From: Entomortierella parvispora E1425 | Lineage: Eukaryota > Fungi > Mortierellomycota | DNA length: 64,000 bases | NCBI GenBank assembly: GCA_020891255.1 | Contig: BQFW01000007.1 | Coordinates: forward strand, 620,001 to 684,000 | Direction: 5' to 3' | Shown: one piece after another, positions 50,701-63,710 of the stretch | Layout of the letters: every line of letters starts with the position of its first letter | Position numbering within the stretch: the first letter of the stretch is position 1 | The notes under the pieces: model-generated | The model's input: only the letters and a program-made list of their open reading frames with translations | Told to the model about the DNA's origin: nothing | Database searches by the model: none | Translations under genes and position numbers: made by a program

Positions 50701-52714
50701 TATTTCCGGTAATCGCCTTCAAAGACCGGGACCTGGACCTAACCGAAAGGGAGTTCGTTGATGCATGCCGACACCTCAAACCTACACCAACTACAAAGAG
50801 TGCACTAGGTGCAGTCTTCACTGGAACGGTCGTGGCCGCCGAACAGCGAGCAATCGCCCACAGAGGGGAGCTATTTTTCAACTTATTCATGTCGAAAAAT
50901 ACCTCGTACAGACGTGGCACTGCTCTCATGAACCCGGCCATGAACAGTGAGCGCGCTTTGTTCATCCCTGATTCGCGCCTGAGAATTCAAACAGAGCTGG
51001 AGCACCTGGATGAATACACATCAATCGACAAAACACTCTGCGCTCTCCTGAAGGAATGCTCCAGTTTGGCTAAAAAACAGGACCCAGGGCTGGCAGATTC
51101 TCAAGACTTACTCCATCGTATCTCGGTGTTTCAGGGGCAATGGTCACAGCTTCCTGGTAACCCTCCCCCCACCATCGCGAACATCCATACGACTAGTGGA
51201 TCAATCTCGAACGCCCTTAAGTCGATGGAGGTTGAATTACAACGGCTGAAGGACGTTTTAAGCAACATGTCAGCTACACAACAACGACAACTGCGAGACG
51301 TGACTCTACATGGTCTGCATGCGGGGTCGAGCAGTAGCGCCGAGAACACACCTCGAAGACACTATGTTCCGACGGGTGTCATCAAGACGGACGGTCATAA
51401 CCTCCATGTGTTGGCTTTTGATTTGACCACATTACGCCCAAAGAAGAATACGAAGAGCAAGCCCAGTCCTACTGGCAGTGGTTATCAGCACAATATCCCT
51501 GCCGTAGCTCCAGAGGAAGGTTTTCTTGCTCTGCCTTCCGCTCTACCTTTTGCTGCATCTTCCGCTTTACCTTCGTCCTTGGATATATACGACTCAGAGC
51601 TTTGGACGTCTCCTGATCCTGTGCTGGAGGAGAGCCTGCCTGGAAGTGAGACTGAAAATCCTAATGAGGGTCCCAGTGTTGGACATGGAAATCCAGGGCA
51701 GGGACAGGTGGCACAGCCAAACCTCGCAGGCGTAAAGACTGCAGCAGTACATGCGAAAGCCCTACCGTATGTCCAGGACCTCTTTTCAACAGCGCAGCGT
51801 GTTCAGTCTTTGGGTGGCCCGCATTTTATCGGGATCGGGGTAGATCCAGGCCGGGCGAAACCTGCAAGCGTGGTCGCAGTACACACCAAGTACCCTGACT
51901 TTTCACAGACCCTCGATATCACCGACACCGTGGCTAAAGACATTCAAAAGCGATACATGGGGTGTCTAAACGCAAAGAAAAAGACCCACGGGATCGACAA
52001 ACTGGAGAACACATTGATTGCAGATGTTGCCCCCGTACAAGTGAAGGTCACGCAGGAAAACGGAACAACAGTTTGCGATTGGAGGGCAGCTGCCAGCGCA
52101 CTCTATAGTAACCACTTAGACTGGCTCAGACCTCGCCTCGCTGCATTTGAGAAGCTAAGGACCTTTTACGGATCAATCAGTTTCAAGAAGGATCTCTATG
52201 ATATGAAGACGGCGATCCGAAGCGACAGAAGCCTGGTCTGTGCAGCGGCTATCAAGATGGCGCATATTCCCCACCCGAATATTCCACCGACTGATGTTCT
52301 AGAGTATCGAGAGACGCCAGCCGTTCTTGGAATAGGTGATGGGGACTTTGACGGCCGAAAGGAAAAAACCTTGGACGAACTAGCGCGGACAGTAAGTGTT
52401 GCTGGAGTCGATTTTCAAAGAGAGTAAAGGTTGTTGGATCTAACATCTGGTTCTCTTATACATTATAGGGGAATGCCAATGGCATCCCAGCGGTGAAGCT
52501 CCCGGAGTTTCGATCCAGTCAGTTCTGCAGCCGATGTCGCTTCCGGGCAGTTCAGAAAGGCAGATCCATCCTCTGTGAAAACTGCAGTTGGGACATCGAC
52601 AGAGACCATAACGCCGGCGAAAATCTCGCCAGATGTCTGGGTACTCACCTACAAACACAGACATGGCCAGCGCCTCTCGACAAAGCGCTCGCCAAAGTTC
52701 ACTCGCGCGAGTGA
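47767..52714 (+). CDS. XPG/FEN1-like PIN nuclease fused to a Fanzor/TnpB-like RuvC nuclease, 6 exons, ~1,496 aa
   Basis: Exons 47767-48989, 49076-49102, 49229-49297, 49380-50463, 50550-52391 and 52469-52714, all GT-AG, total 4,491 nt, frame continuous. PIN motifs: MGV, HID, HFDG, GEAD, SADSD, NDY, PGLG. Fanzor motifs: IKTDG, GVDPG (D 51843), IGDG, PEFRSSQFC (E 52505), CxxC/CxxC, DRDHNA (D 52604). Confidence 0.85.
49132..49196 (+). repeat. (TTTTC)13 microsatellite in intron 2 of the PIN-Fanzor gene
   Basis: Perfect pentamer tandem array read directly. Confidence 0.95.
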
Positions 52715-52949
52715 GGCTCATGTGGAATGAGCACAACCTTCTTTACAGCATCGGTAAGTGCAACAAAAATCCGAGGACAAAAGCACAAACCTTTTTATTT
52801 TCAACTAATTTATTCTCACGTCTTTATGCATTTCGGGAAGTTTAGCTGTATCGTGGACGATTGTTTATTACATTGATGATGCTGTTCCCCTCCCCCCTTT
52901 CTTCAACCCTCACCCTATATACGTGTTTAGTGTTGTGTCTTCAAAGGTT

Positions 52950-55900
52950 TTACAAGACACCTTCGCCGCCTTCCTCCTCATACATCTCAACCTCCTCTGC
53001 ATCCACAACTACGGCCGCGGTGAGATCCTGCCCAGTGGCACCCCCCGTGGAGGCTGCTAATGACGAAGATTGGATCACATTTGGGTCTACTGGATCCACA
53101 ACCTTGCGCCATCCAGACTCTTCATTATCGTCACGAACCATCTCGGTTGTTGGCCTAACAAATAAAAGACAAAAGTGTAAGAAACCGAGATTTCAATGAA
53201 AGAAACAAAGAAAGAACATTGACAAACATCACGATCAGCTTACCAGTAGTGCATATTCGTCTTAATACTCAAGACTGTGGGGATCATATCAAAGCTCATG
53301 GCCTTGACTCGGACATAAGAGTTATCGGGACACTGCTTCACGGCCTTCAAGAGAGCGTCCAGATCGGGTGTGGGTGTTCCATTGATATGTGTCACCCACA
53401 TGGTAGGAACCATTCCATACATGAATGAGGGACTGCCTTTGGACCGAGCAGAGACGTAAACTCTGCTTGGCAAAGCTTTGCTCTGCTGCAATACTGCCTT
53501 GTGGGGTTCATGCATCATGGCACCAGCCCAGATAACCAACCGACTCGTTCCAGAACCATCGACCACCTCTGTTGGCACTGTCACCTTGACCTCCACCTTC
53601 TTCCTGAGAACCACAACTTCCAGCTCTGCAGCATCGTATTGAACGTCAAGCTCATACATACGAGTGATGACCTTGCCATTGATGCTGAGAATCAGATCCA
53701 GCTCTTGCAAAATCGATGCAGATACAGATCCAGTCTCTGTCCTGCGGATCATAAAGATATGATGACGGGCAGGGTTGGCCTCCTCAACCTTCTTGACCCA
53801 CTCGTCCGTCAAACCCATGTGGCGAGCCTGCGCCATTTGAACGGGCATGACCTCAATGTTCAAGTTGCGCAACTTTGGGTAGATGCCCTTCTGCATTGGC
53901 AGGAGAACGGGCATGATTGTCGAGATGTGCAAGCCCAGATGGTACTCATTGTCCCGTCCCGAGCTGTTGCGTTCACCCAAGTAAGACAACCACAAGCCCT
54001 GAACACGACCTTCGCTATCCGCCAAGACACCAGAAGAACACTGCTGAGCCAATGGAGTATCCAAAGTGATGGCATCCAAGTTGATTCCACGGAACCTTGG
54101 TGTAGCGTTGTGAGGGATTGTCACGCTAGTGATATCTGTCACAACAGTCTTCAAGCAGATGGGTCTTTGGTTGTGGTTGAACGCCACCAACGAAACCTGA
54201 TGACCCTGGACCAAGTAAGTAGGCGAGATTTTGGCGGACTGAATTGGTGTACCTCCAATGTCGGCGGGGTTATAGGAGACGATAGCAAAGTTGTGGGTTG
54301 GGTGCAAATAAACCACCTTTCCAGGAACAATGATAGAGTCTGCGATCGTCACGCTCAAGTCACCCATAGCGAAAGGAACAATGTTGCGGGATACCACAAT
54401 CAATCCGCGCTCAGCGTCGACAACCAATCCAGCTCCATATTTCTAAAATTGATGTAATAATTAAAAGTTAGACATTGATCAAAATATGTGATTGTGCACT
54501 AATTCTTTGCTCAGAGAGAGCCCTTACTCTGCTCTTGGGAAATCCATCGATGCGGCAAGGCATGTAGTAGCTGATTTTGACCATGCAGCTGAAAAGTTCC
54601 TTGGCTGGTCCCAAAGACTCGTCCAATTCCAAAAATTTGACTGTGGAGGGCACAATGGCAGTTGGGGGTGCGGGCGCGCCCAAATTGGTAAAGTCCCAGA
54701 GTCCTGTGGTGTCGTTTCTGACAGCAAGGCGGAAACGGCTCCAGTGACGCTCTACTTGAACCACAGCAACACTAGTGGTGTGCACATCTCCGATTGAATA
54801 ATAGACGACGGGGATGCGCTCCCGATCCGGGATAGACTGCATCACCTCAATAAAATCGTTCAGGTTGTGGATCGATCGGTTGTCGATTGAAGACAGCATC
54901 CAACCACGGTCGGGCCCTTCAAAACGGAACATGCCGCTGGGCTCTGACACATAGACACCGCCGACAGGGACACAGAAGCTACGAGCAAGCTGGTAACTGA
55001 GTTCGTTCAACTTTGCTCCTCCAATCTCCACATAGCGGTCGGGCGTGATGCTATGCAAATCCTGTACTGTAATCTTGAATCGTCTCTCCTCGCCTCCGCG
55101 CTCGGCAACGATTTCGATCTCCTTGCCCACATTACGATCCAGGCAATCCTCCAGTGGTACGAACTTTGTAATCAGCTCATCATTGATCGAAATCAAAATG
55201 TCGCCCTCTTCCAAGAATGTCGAAGCTGGTCCCTTGGGAAGAACGGTCTCTGCGACAAGCATACCGATCTCTGCTGGGAAAGTACGACGAATGGTTGCCT
55301 CAGTTTCGGGGTTCAAGCCCAAGCGACGGGTCTCGTCGAAAGGTCTGTAGATGAACTGTGTCTGAATGGTGCCTCTGGGAACTGGCTTGCCCTCCTGAAC
55401 AAATGATAAAGCGCGACGGACGCGATCCAGAGGCAAAAAGAAGTCTGTTGCCCCGCGAGTGCTACCGCCAGCCTGAAGAGCCACTGCGTTTCCGTTGATA
55501 TCAATGACAGGTGATCCACTGGATCCTCCACTGGTACTTGAAGCAGCCTGCAGATAGAAGGTGCTATCACATGGGAATAGATATGAAGATTAATAAACAA
55601 AAGACAATTGACTGACTGGTTGAGTTGGCATGAGCTTGGTTTGGCTTGGGGTCCTTACTTGAAGTCGTTGTATGTCAAGTCTCCATATTCAGGTGCATTC
55701 CTATCCAGTCGAGAGATGGATCCTGACAAGATAGATAGTTTTTCTCCTGCATCGTTACCCACAACACGGATATCAATTCCGACCTTGGCTCCCTCAGGCG
55801 ACAGCTTGATGGCTGAAACAGGCATGTACTTGATCTTGGAAGGGTCAAACTTCAAAATACTGTCAAGAGATAAAACGCCCAAAAAAAAAGGTCAACAAGA

Positions 55901-56843
55901 TGGGAAGAGAGATAGCCCCCTTGTTCAATCCCAAATGCCCTGGGACAGCATCATATTGGCCTGTGCCCATCCTCCTGATCCACAGGTGAAATCAACGCCT
56001 TGAAACACTCTACATGTGCGCACGCACGCACACACATACACATACACATACACATCCACCATACACATCCACCAAACACAGATGCATAACAAATGCACAA
56101 GAACACAGCTTCAAAAAAAGGTGTCTGCCCTTACCCAAAGTCATGAACAGGGTCCCGATAGACTGGAAAGACATCCACCTCTTCATGGTCGTGGCAAACT
56201 GCCTCTCCAACAAATGGTCCCGCACAGGCAACATGACTAGGAGACAGGCCAAAGTAGAAATGTTAGTCCAACAACCCAGGAGCCTGGTTCATCATAAAAG
56301 CTCGTTCGACCGAGGGATTGGGAGACGGAAATATGTACCGATTGGTTAGAATCAATCCACGCTCTGCATCCACGATAAATCCTGAAGCCTCGGAGGTCTC
56401 TGGGCCTGTAAGAGAAAAGGAGACAATGAAGGTTGATCACCAGAACTACATTCAACACCCAAAACACCATAACAAAAAAATGTCTTCATCTTGACCATTC
56501 GATCTCCAGTCTGAATGTTACCTTCGGTGTCGAATGCAGAGACTTGACTGAATCGAATCGAGACGATCGCCTTGACGGCCTTCTCAATCACGTTCTGCCA
56601 CTGTGGGGGTTCACGCAAGCTAGCGATAGGCCGCGCCGAGGTGTCAAGGCCGCCATTGGTGATGGGGGCAGCAGGCGAGTCCATGTCCTCGCCCTCGGGA
56701 TCAGCCCTGCCACCGCTGCTGCTGTCGTCCCTATCTGAGGATGCAAGGTCGTCTGTGCGGCGTCTCTTGTGCAGGTGAAGGCCGCCGTCCGTAGGGGTTG
56801 AGACCGAGGTCGCGCTGGGAGAGTCGGTCAGGTCGATATCCAT
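52950..56843 (-). CDS. NMA111: Nma111 HtrA-like serine protease with PDZ domains, multi-exon
   Basis: [26 protein letters not shown]; [24 protein letters not shown]; TSGGSSGSP catalytic motif; TDFFLPLDR. Confidence 0.97.
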
Positions 56844-57380
56844 GGCTCTTGCTCAGAATAGTGCGGTGAGAGTGGTGGCGGCAAAGGGCTTGTCGAGAAG
56901 AGAGGAGCAAGGGAGTGCTGGCAAAGAAATAAAGGAGAGACGGAGAGGAAAAGGGAAGAAAAAGGCAAGGATGGAGTTGGATGGCGAAGCGTTGGAAAGG
57001 AAAAAAGGAGCACACACACAAAACACAAAGTCAACGCGCACTTTTTTCTTTTTTTTTTTCCTCCTTTCTTTGCATGACTGCTGAAAACACATCAATGGGC
57101 CCACACGAGCTGATCAAACGGCTCTGGAGAGCTGGAGGATGACTATCAGCAGGGTCCACAGACCATGGATCTGTGTCATTGCCCAATGCTGACGTACTCA
57201 TACCAGTCGTCATTGCTACAACACACAGCCCCGCCTTTTTCGCCACACATCTTCAAAGTGCTGATCGCCGCGGCAAGCTCCAGATCGATCGCGCGGCTAA
57301 GCCACAATTCCAAAGGTCCAAAAATTTGGCGCCTCTTTCTGGTCACAAAACTCATTCACTCCTCCCGCTTACCTCGCCCG

Positions 57381-58667
57381 ATGGCATCTGACGACGACAA
57401 CGACTTTCCATTCGCCTTTGGAGCCACTTCCGACAACGAAGATGAGGGTGACGATGGTCTCTTTTGTGCACCAAAGGCCAAAGTTACCACCAACGACTCA
57501 ACCAGAGCTGCAGGAGGGAGTTCGTTCTCCTCTTCCTCCAGGAACGCCACGATGGACATCCTCAAGGAACAGGAACGCTACGAGGCACAAATAGACGAAG
57601 AAGGATGGTTTCACCACATCGAAAAACCGATCCGAGAGCTCATGCTTCAAGACAAGAACGGTGCCACCAAGGTTAAGATGCAGGCCGACTACTGCTATAT
57701 GCTGCACCGATACCAAGAGGCTCTCGATATTGCGCAAGAATATTGTCGAGTCGTTGCTGAGAACGAAGCTGGACACAGCGTTGCTAGCGGAGACAATACT
57801 GATACCAGCAATGGCGGCACTGGAGGGATGCAGCGCTCAGGGACCGGTACACACTCAACAAACGGTGCAGAGACAGGCGGCATATTGAAAGTGACGGATA
57901 CCAAAGAGATGCAGGAGATGGTCGCCCGTTGTCTTCTCAAACTCAATCGGCCGGGAGAGGCTGTCACGATCGCTGACGGACTCGTCTCACAAGAAACAAG
58001 CATTGCGTTCTTGAAAGCAAATATCTATACAGCAGTGGGACGATACAACGATGCCGCCATCACGTTGGTTGAGTACCAGAGATCAAGGAGTAGCAACTAC
58101 GCAGTCTGGAAGGCATTGGGAGAATGTTTTCACGAGGCATCGATCCATTCCTCAAGAGCAAATGATAATACGACTTCATCGACGTTGCTACATGACATTT
58201 CAGCAATATCTCTATCATCGACGGGACACCAGAGACATTTAGCCTCGCTGTTGGCTCTGATTTCCATCTTGAGAGCCAGACATTTGATGCGCGTTTCCGT
58301 GTGGTCCCAAGTCAGCTACGCGTCAGAGCGTTACCAAAGAGAGATGACAGCCATTGAGGCCCAAAGATCTATCTATGAGAAGGCTTGCGGGTTGAGTTCT
58401 ATGAAAGAGAGCCAAAATGAATTTTCCGAAGAAGCAATGCGGATACAAGAATACGAGACAGAAGTCGTGACCCCATCACGAGAGGCTCTGCAACAGCTAA
58501 AACGGACAAGCAATGCGCCACAGGATAACAACGCCTGTTTCTTTCCATTGGTGGTGGTTGAGATGGTGGTGAACTCTTGGGACCCTCAACTGATTGAACA
58601 TTCGGCTCTCCAGCTCCCTGCCGAGGACAAAGACCAGACTGCCGAGCCGAGCGTACGGAGCAAATGA
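57381..58667 (+). CDS. TPR-like protein resembling C8orf76
   Basis: YEAQIDEEGWF...ADYCYMLHRYQEAL...ARCLLKLNRPGEA...VWKALGECF follows the remembered C8orf76 pattern; single exon. Confidence 0.65.
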   Translation: MASDDDNDFPFAFGATSDNEDEGDDGLFCAPKAKVTTNDSTRAAGGSSFSSSSRNATMDILKEQERYEAQIDEEGWFHHIEKPIRELMLQDKNGATKVKMQADYCYMLHRYQEALDIAQEYCRVVAENEAGHSVASGDNTDTSNGGTGGMQRSGTGTHSTNGAETGGILKVTDTKEMQEMVARCLLKLNRPGEAVTIADGLVSQETSIAFLKANIYTAVGRYNDAAITLVEYQRSRSSNYAVWKALGECFHEASIHSSRANDNTTSSTLLHDISAISLSSTGHQRHLASLLALISILRARHLMRVSVWSQVSYASERYQREMTAIEAQRSIYEKACGLSSMKESQNEFSEEAMRIQEYETEVVTPSREALQQLKRTSNAPQDNNACFFPLVVVEMVVNSWDPQLIEHSALQLPAEDKDQTAEPSVRSK

Positions 58668-58803
58668 AAAGAGTTTCAATGTCCCATCAGTTGACTCATC
58701 CTGACCCGAGCTTTTTCAAAAAGAGAAACATTTCAAAAAAGAATACAGGTGTTTTTGTAGAAAATGCTGTAATTTGTATATGTTTGTTGTAAAAATGTAT
58801 AGT

Positions 58804-60164
<1,361 letters not shown>

Positions 60165-60642
60165 GATGAATGAAGGAAAGGGCGGAGGAGGAGGAGGAGG
60201 AGGAGGAGGGCGATGGATGGGGTAAAGAAGAGGGAGAAAAGAAAAAAGAAAAAAAAAAAGAAGAGCTGAGTGACAAAAAGATTTGGCACACCCACACAGC
60301 GAGACAGAACAGGCCACTCTCCCCTGACCGTTCACAGCACACAGGGTGGAAACCGCAGATCGCCACATGAAAAAATCGAAGCCGCACCCAAAACGTGGAT
60401 CGCTTGGGTGACATTTCGGCTTTGTCACCCTAAAGCGATTTTATCCCAGTCCTCTGCCACCCATTAAAAGTCTACCGTGATGCTGTTCTTCTTCATTCAC
60501 AGTGTTCACATGGATCATTTTTACAGCCTGTTGACGCTGGAATTCCTCAATAATCCACAATGGACGTCTTTACTTGAACAACTCAATAGGGACAGAAAAC
60601 GTTCGAAAAAAAACAGTCGGTCATATCTTCTTTCAACAGTGT

Positions 60643-61236
60643 TCAACACCTAACCTGGCTGGATGCCTGCACTGAGTCCCCAATCCTCCAGCTTGGCGCA
60701 AGGACTCCCTCTTTGCGAAGCGTTTGGACAAGTTGCTCGTATGTTTCCTCGTAGATACCAAACCGGCCGAACGCCACCATCTGGTCGCAGAGCGCTGCCA
60801 AGTCTTGTGAGGACTGCTTCTTGGCATTCCGTTCCTGAGGTGTAGTAGAAGGTGGTTCTCTTAGAGGCTCAATACAATGGACTTTTCGACAACCATTTTT
60901 CCTCCGTCCTGTGAAATCACCTAGACGCTGCATTGCCCCCAGAACTGACTCGCTCGGTCGCAGAATGTTGATAATACCGATGCAGACATCTGTTTCTGAG
61001 TTGACTGCCTTTGCGTCTTGACCTATACCGGTAGTTGAGTCCAATGGACGGTCTGCACTGCTGCAAGGAGTCTTTCTGTTAGTGCGCTCGGATATGTCCA
61101 AGTCATTGTGCTCTGGAGCCGGTTCGAGAGAACTCGTGTCGGAAGCGAGACGAATACGCTTGGACGCGGTTATCCCAGATGTCGACAGGTTGAGGTTATC
61201 CACTTCAGGCTGCTCGATGGTAGAAACAGATGTCAT
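60643..61236 (-). CDS. LIN1/CD2BP2 (U5-52K)-like partial protein
   Basis: ILRPSESVLGAMQRLG and LAALCDQMVAFGRFGIYEETYEQL resemble the CD2BP2 middle region; no GYF domain seen. Confidence 0.55.
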   Translation of the reverse strand: MTSVSTIEQPEVDNLNLSTSGITASKRIRLASDTSSLEPAPEHNDLDISERTNRKTPCSSADRPLDSTTGIGQDAKAVNSETDVCIGIINILRPSESVLGAMQRLGDFTGRRKNGCRKVHCIEPLREPPSTTPQERNAKKQSSQDLAALCDQMVAFGRFGIYEETYEQLVQTLRKEGVLAPSWRIGDSVQASSQVRC

Positions 61237-61776
61237 TGATGTAAAACGAGAATGAGAAGAATAGGCGACATTACCTCTCCATCAATGGCAAGGTATTTTC
61301 CACAGGGGCAGGCCGCAGGAGGGCGAAGCATCAAAAAACGTGATCACAAACTGGATCCCGTGACCAGTAGTCACGGGTCCTGCACTCTTGAGTCCTGCCC
61401 CGCCACCGTTCTGCTTCTGCGTTCTGGCCACGGAGCCTTTCGGGCCTCCGGTATGGTGCAGTGGGCGCAACCAATCAGGACATGGCTGCAACCTAAATCG
61501 AATCCAGACCCACTTTTTGCTTGGGTACTATGGGGGACATACCTTCGAAGTTGAAAGCTATAAAAGACCCCTTGATTCACGCATCGGTCCCTTTTCGTTT
61601 TTTTCGTCTCTTCTTCTTGTTCTTCTTGTTCTGCTCTTGTTCTCGTCTTGTTCTTCTGTTCTTGTTGTTCTTGTCTTTCTTGTAAACTACTTCCCTCCTC
61701 CTGTAACACCTCTACCAACTCCCACCCTACCATCCCCACTCTCCACTCCACTTTACACTTTTATTACTCTCCCACG

Positions 61777-63017
61777 ATGACTTCGTCCTATAGAGTAAGA
61801 CCACCGACGATATGGACCCTGGCCCTGTCTCAACCTGACCTCGAACTAACGTCCACATGGGTTCTCTCATGCTTCTTAGATTAACTACCAGTTGCGCGCC
61901 CATGTAAGTCATTGTCTCTGTTCATTAGTCTCACAATGACATTTCTGTGCAAGGCGCTCATCGCAACATCACATCGCTTTGTATCCCTTTCTCTAGAAAC
62001 GCGACCCTCTTATCGAGTTCATCAAGGGTCTGCTTCTTACACCGTTCATCCTCCATGCCAAGCCTCGCAAGCCTGTCTTGAACTCTCCTGTCGGCGGAGG
62101 TCCCGATCTGCCCGAGGAAAGGAACGACTATCAAGAGGAGGACAAGCCCATGGTGGATGCCAACCTCCAACGTTATCTCGAAATTATGAAGTCTGTTGAG
62201 GTCATGATCGAAGAGCACCGACGCAAGGCTCTCAAGGGCGTGCCAGAGCACTCGCGTCTCCACCGCATCGTGCCCTCGGTCGCGTCGTTCTTTACTCCGT
62301 TGCCCCTTGAGGCTGCATTCTTGGATGCGAATGCCAAACATTCAATTGCAGCTCGGCGGTTTGTTCCCCCCAGTTTCAACGACATTCGAAGGTAAAGCAA
62401 GAATGAACCCCCAAGGGATCGAGGCTTATTGTGATACCAGCATGAGATGTGTGATAAGGTGGGAAAATATCCCCCGAGATTCAGAACACTAACTTGATCT
62501 GCACCCTTGTTCCCCCTCGTGTGACGCCATCCCTTTTAGGATCCTGAACACGGCTCAAGTCATGGCGATTGCTCCCACGATCAACCTGATCACCTTGTAA
62601 GTTGGATTGCCAAGGACATACATCTATATTCCCAGCATCTGGTCATCTAACCTGCCTCCTCTTCAACCACAGCGATGGAGATATGACTCTCTATGACGAT
62701 GGCACGTCCTTCACCGACAACTCACCCCTGATCCCCCTCTTGATCACCTTGATGCGTGCTGGTCTCCGAGTTGCCATTGTGACCGCAGCAGGTTACCCTG
62801 GCGATGCTAGCAAGTATGAAGAGCGCCTCACAGGTCTCCTTCGTAGTTTTGGAAACCAACAGTTGTCCGAGAAGCTGCTCGAAAGATTCTATGTTCTCGG
62901 AGGCGAGTGCAACTACCTCTTCCGTTGCGGATGGAAGCAAACTGAGTCTGGCTCTGCCGTTGTTGGTCTTACTTATATTGAACCCGAGTAAGTTTCGAGA
63001 GATGGGACGTTAATCCA

Positions 63018-63052
<35 letters not shown>

Positions 63053-63710
63053 GAGAACATCATTCTATGTTTGAGAAACTAACATTCTTTTGAATGGCCA
63101 TTTAGGGCGTACCAACCTGCCGACATGCTTGCTTGGAAACACGAGGAGATTCAAGAGCTCTTGGATGTTGCAGAAGAAAACCTGAAGCGTAATGTGGCAG
63201 CCATGAACTTGAAGGCTATGATTCTCCGCAAGTCTCGCGCTGTGGGAATTGTGCCCACCAACAATGGCAAGATCGCACGCGAGCAATTGGACGAATGTGT
63301 GCTTTCGACCCAACAGCGCTTGCTCGAATACCAGCAAATGTCTGGACCTTCCAAGATCGCCATCCCATTCTGTGTCTTCAACGGCGGAAACGATGTCTTT
63401 GTCGACATGTAAGTGATGCCTGATTGATTTCGAAGAGACACGCTGCTGAGCAAACCCCCGATCCTTACAAAGACCTTTTTTATTTTTTATTTTCAATAGT
63501 GGTAACAAGCTGATCGGAGTCCAGGTTCTCCAGAACTACCTTGGAGCGGCGCCAGACGCCACTATCCATGTGGGTGATCAGTTCTTGTCGACCGGAAACG
63601 ACTTTGCAACTCGCTCGAGCTGCTGCACCCTCTGGATCGTCAACCCCGAAGAGACGCAGGACGTATTGAAGGAGTTGACTCCTCTCTTGAAATTCCCCGC
63701 CGAGGAATAA
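61777..63710 (+). CDS. ISN1: IMP-specific 5'-nucleotidase, multi-exon
   Basis: MTSSYRV|NYQLRAH; RRFVPPSFNDIR|ILNTAQ; DGDMTLYDDG; VTAAGYP; PFCVFNGGNDVFVD; LHVGDQFL...GNDFATR. Confidence 0.95.

Noticed and set aside
47595-52782. GGACAAAA direct repeat at 47595-47602 and 52775-52782 as a TSD of the PIN-Fanzor unit
   Set aside because: An 8-mer with an A-run is expected by chance, the enclosed ends are not inverted repeats, and no empty site is available.
52805-52809. CTAA/T as a Helitron-like 3' end
   Set aside because: No GC-rich hairpin ~11 nt upstream and no Rep/helicase gene.
53501-54457. 318-aa plus-strand ORF
   Set aside because: Antisense shadow of NMA111.
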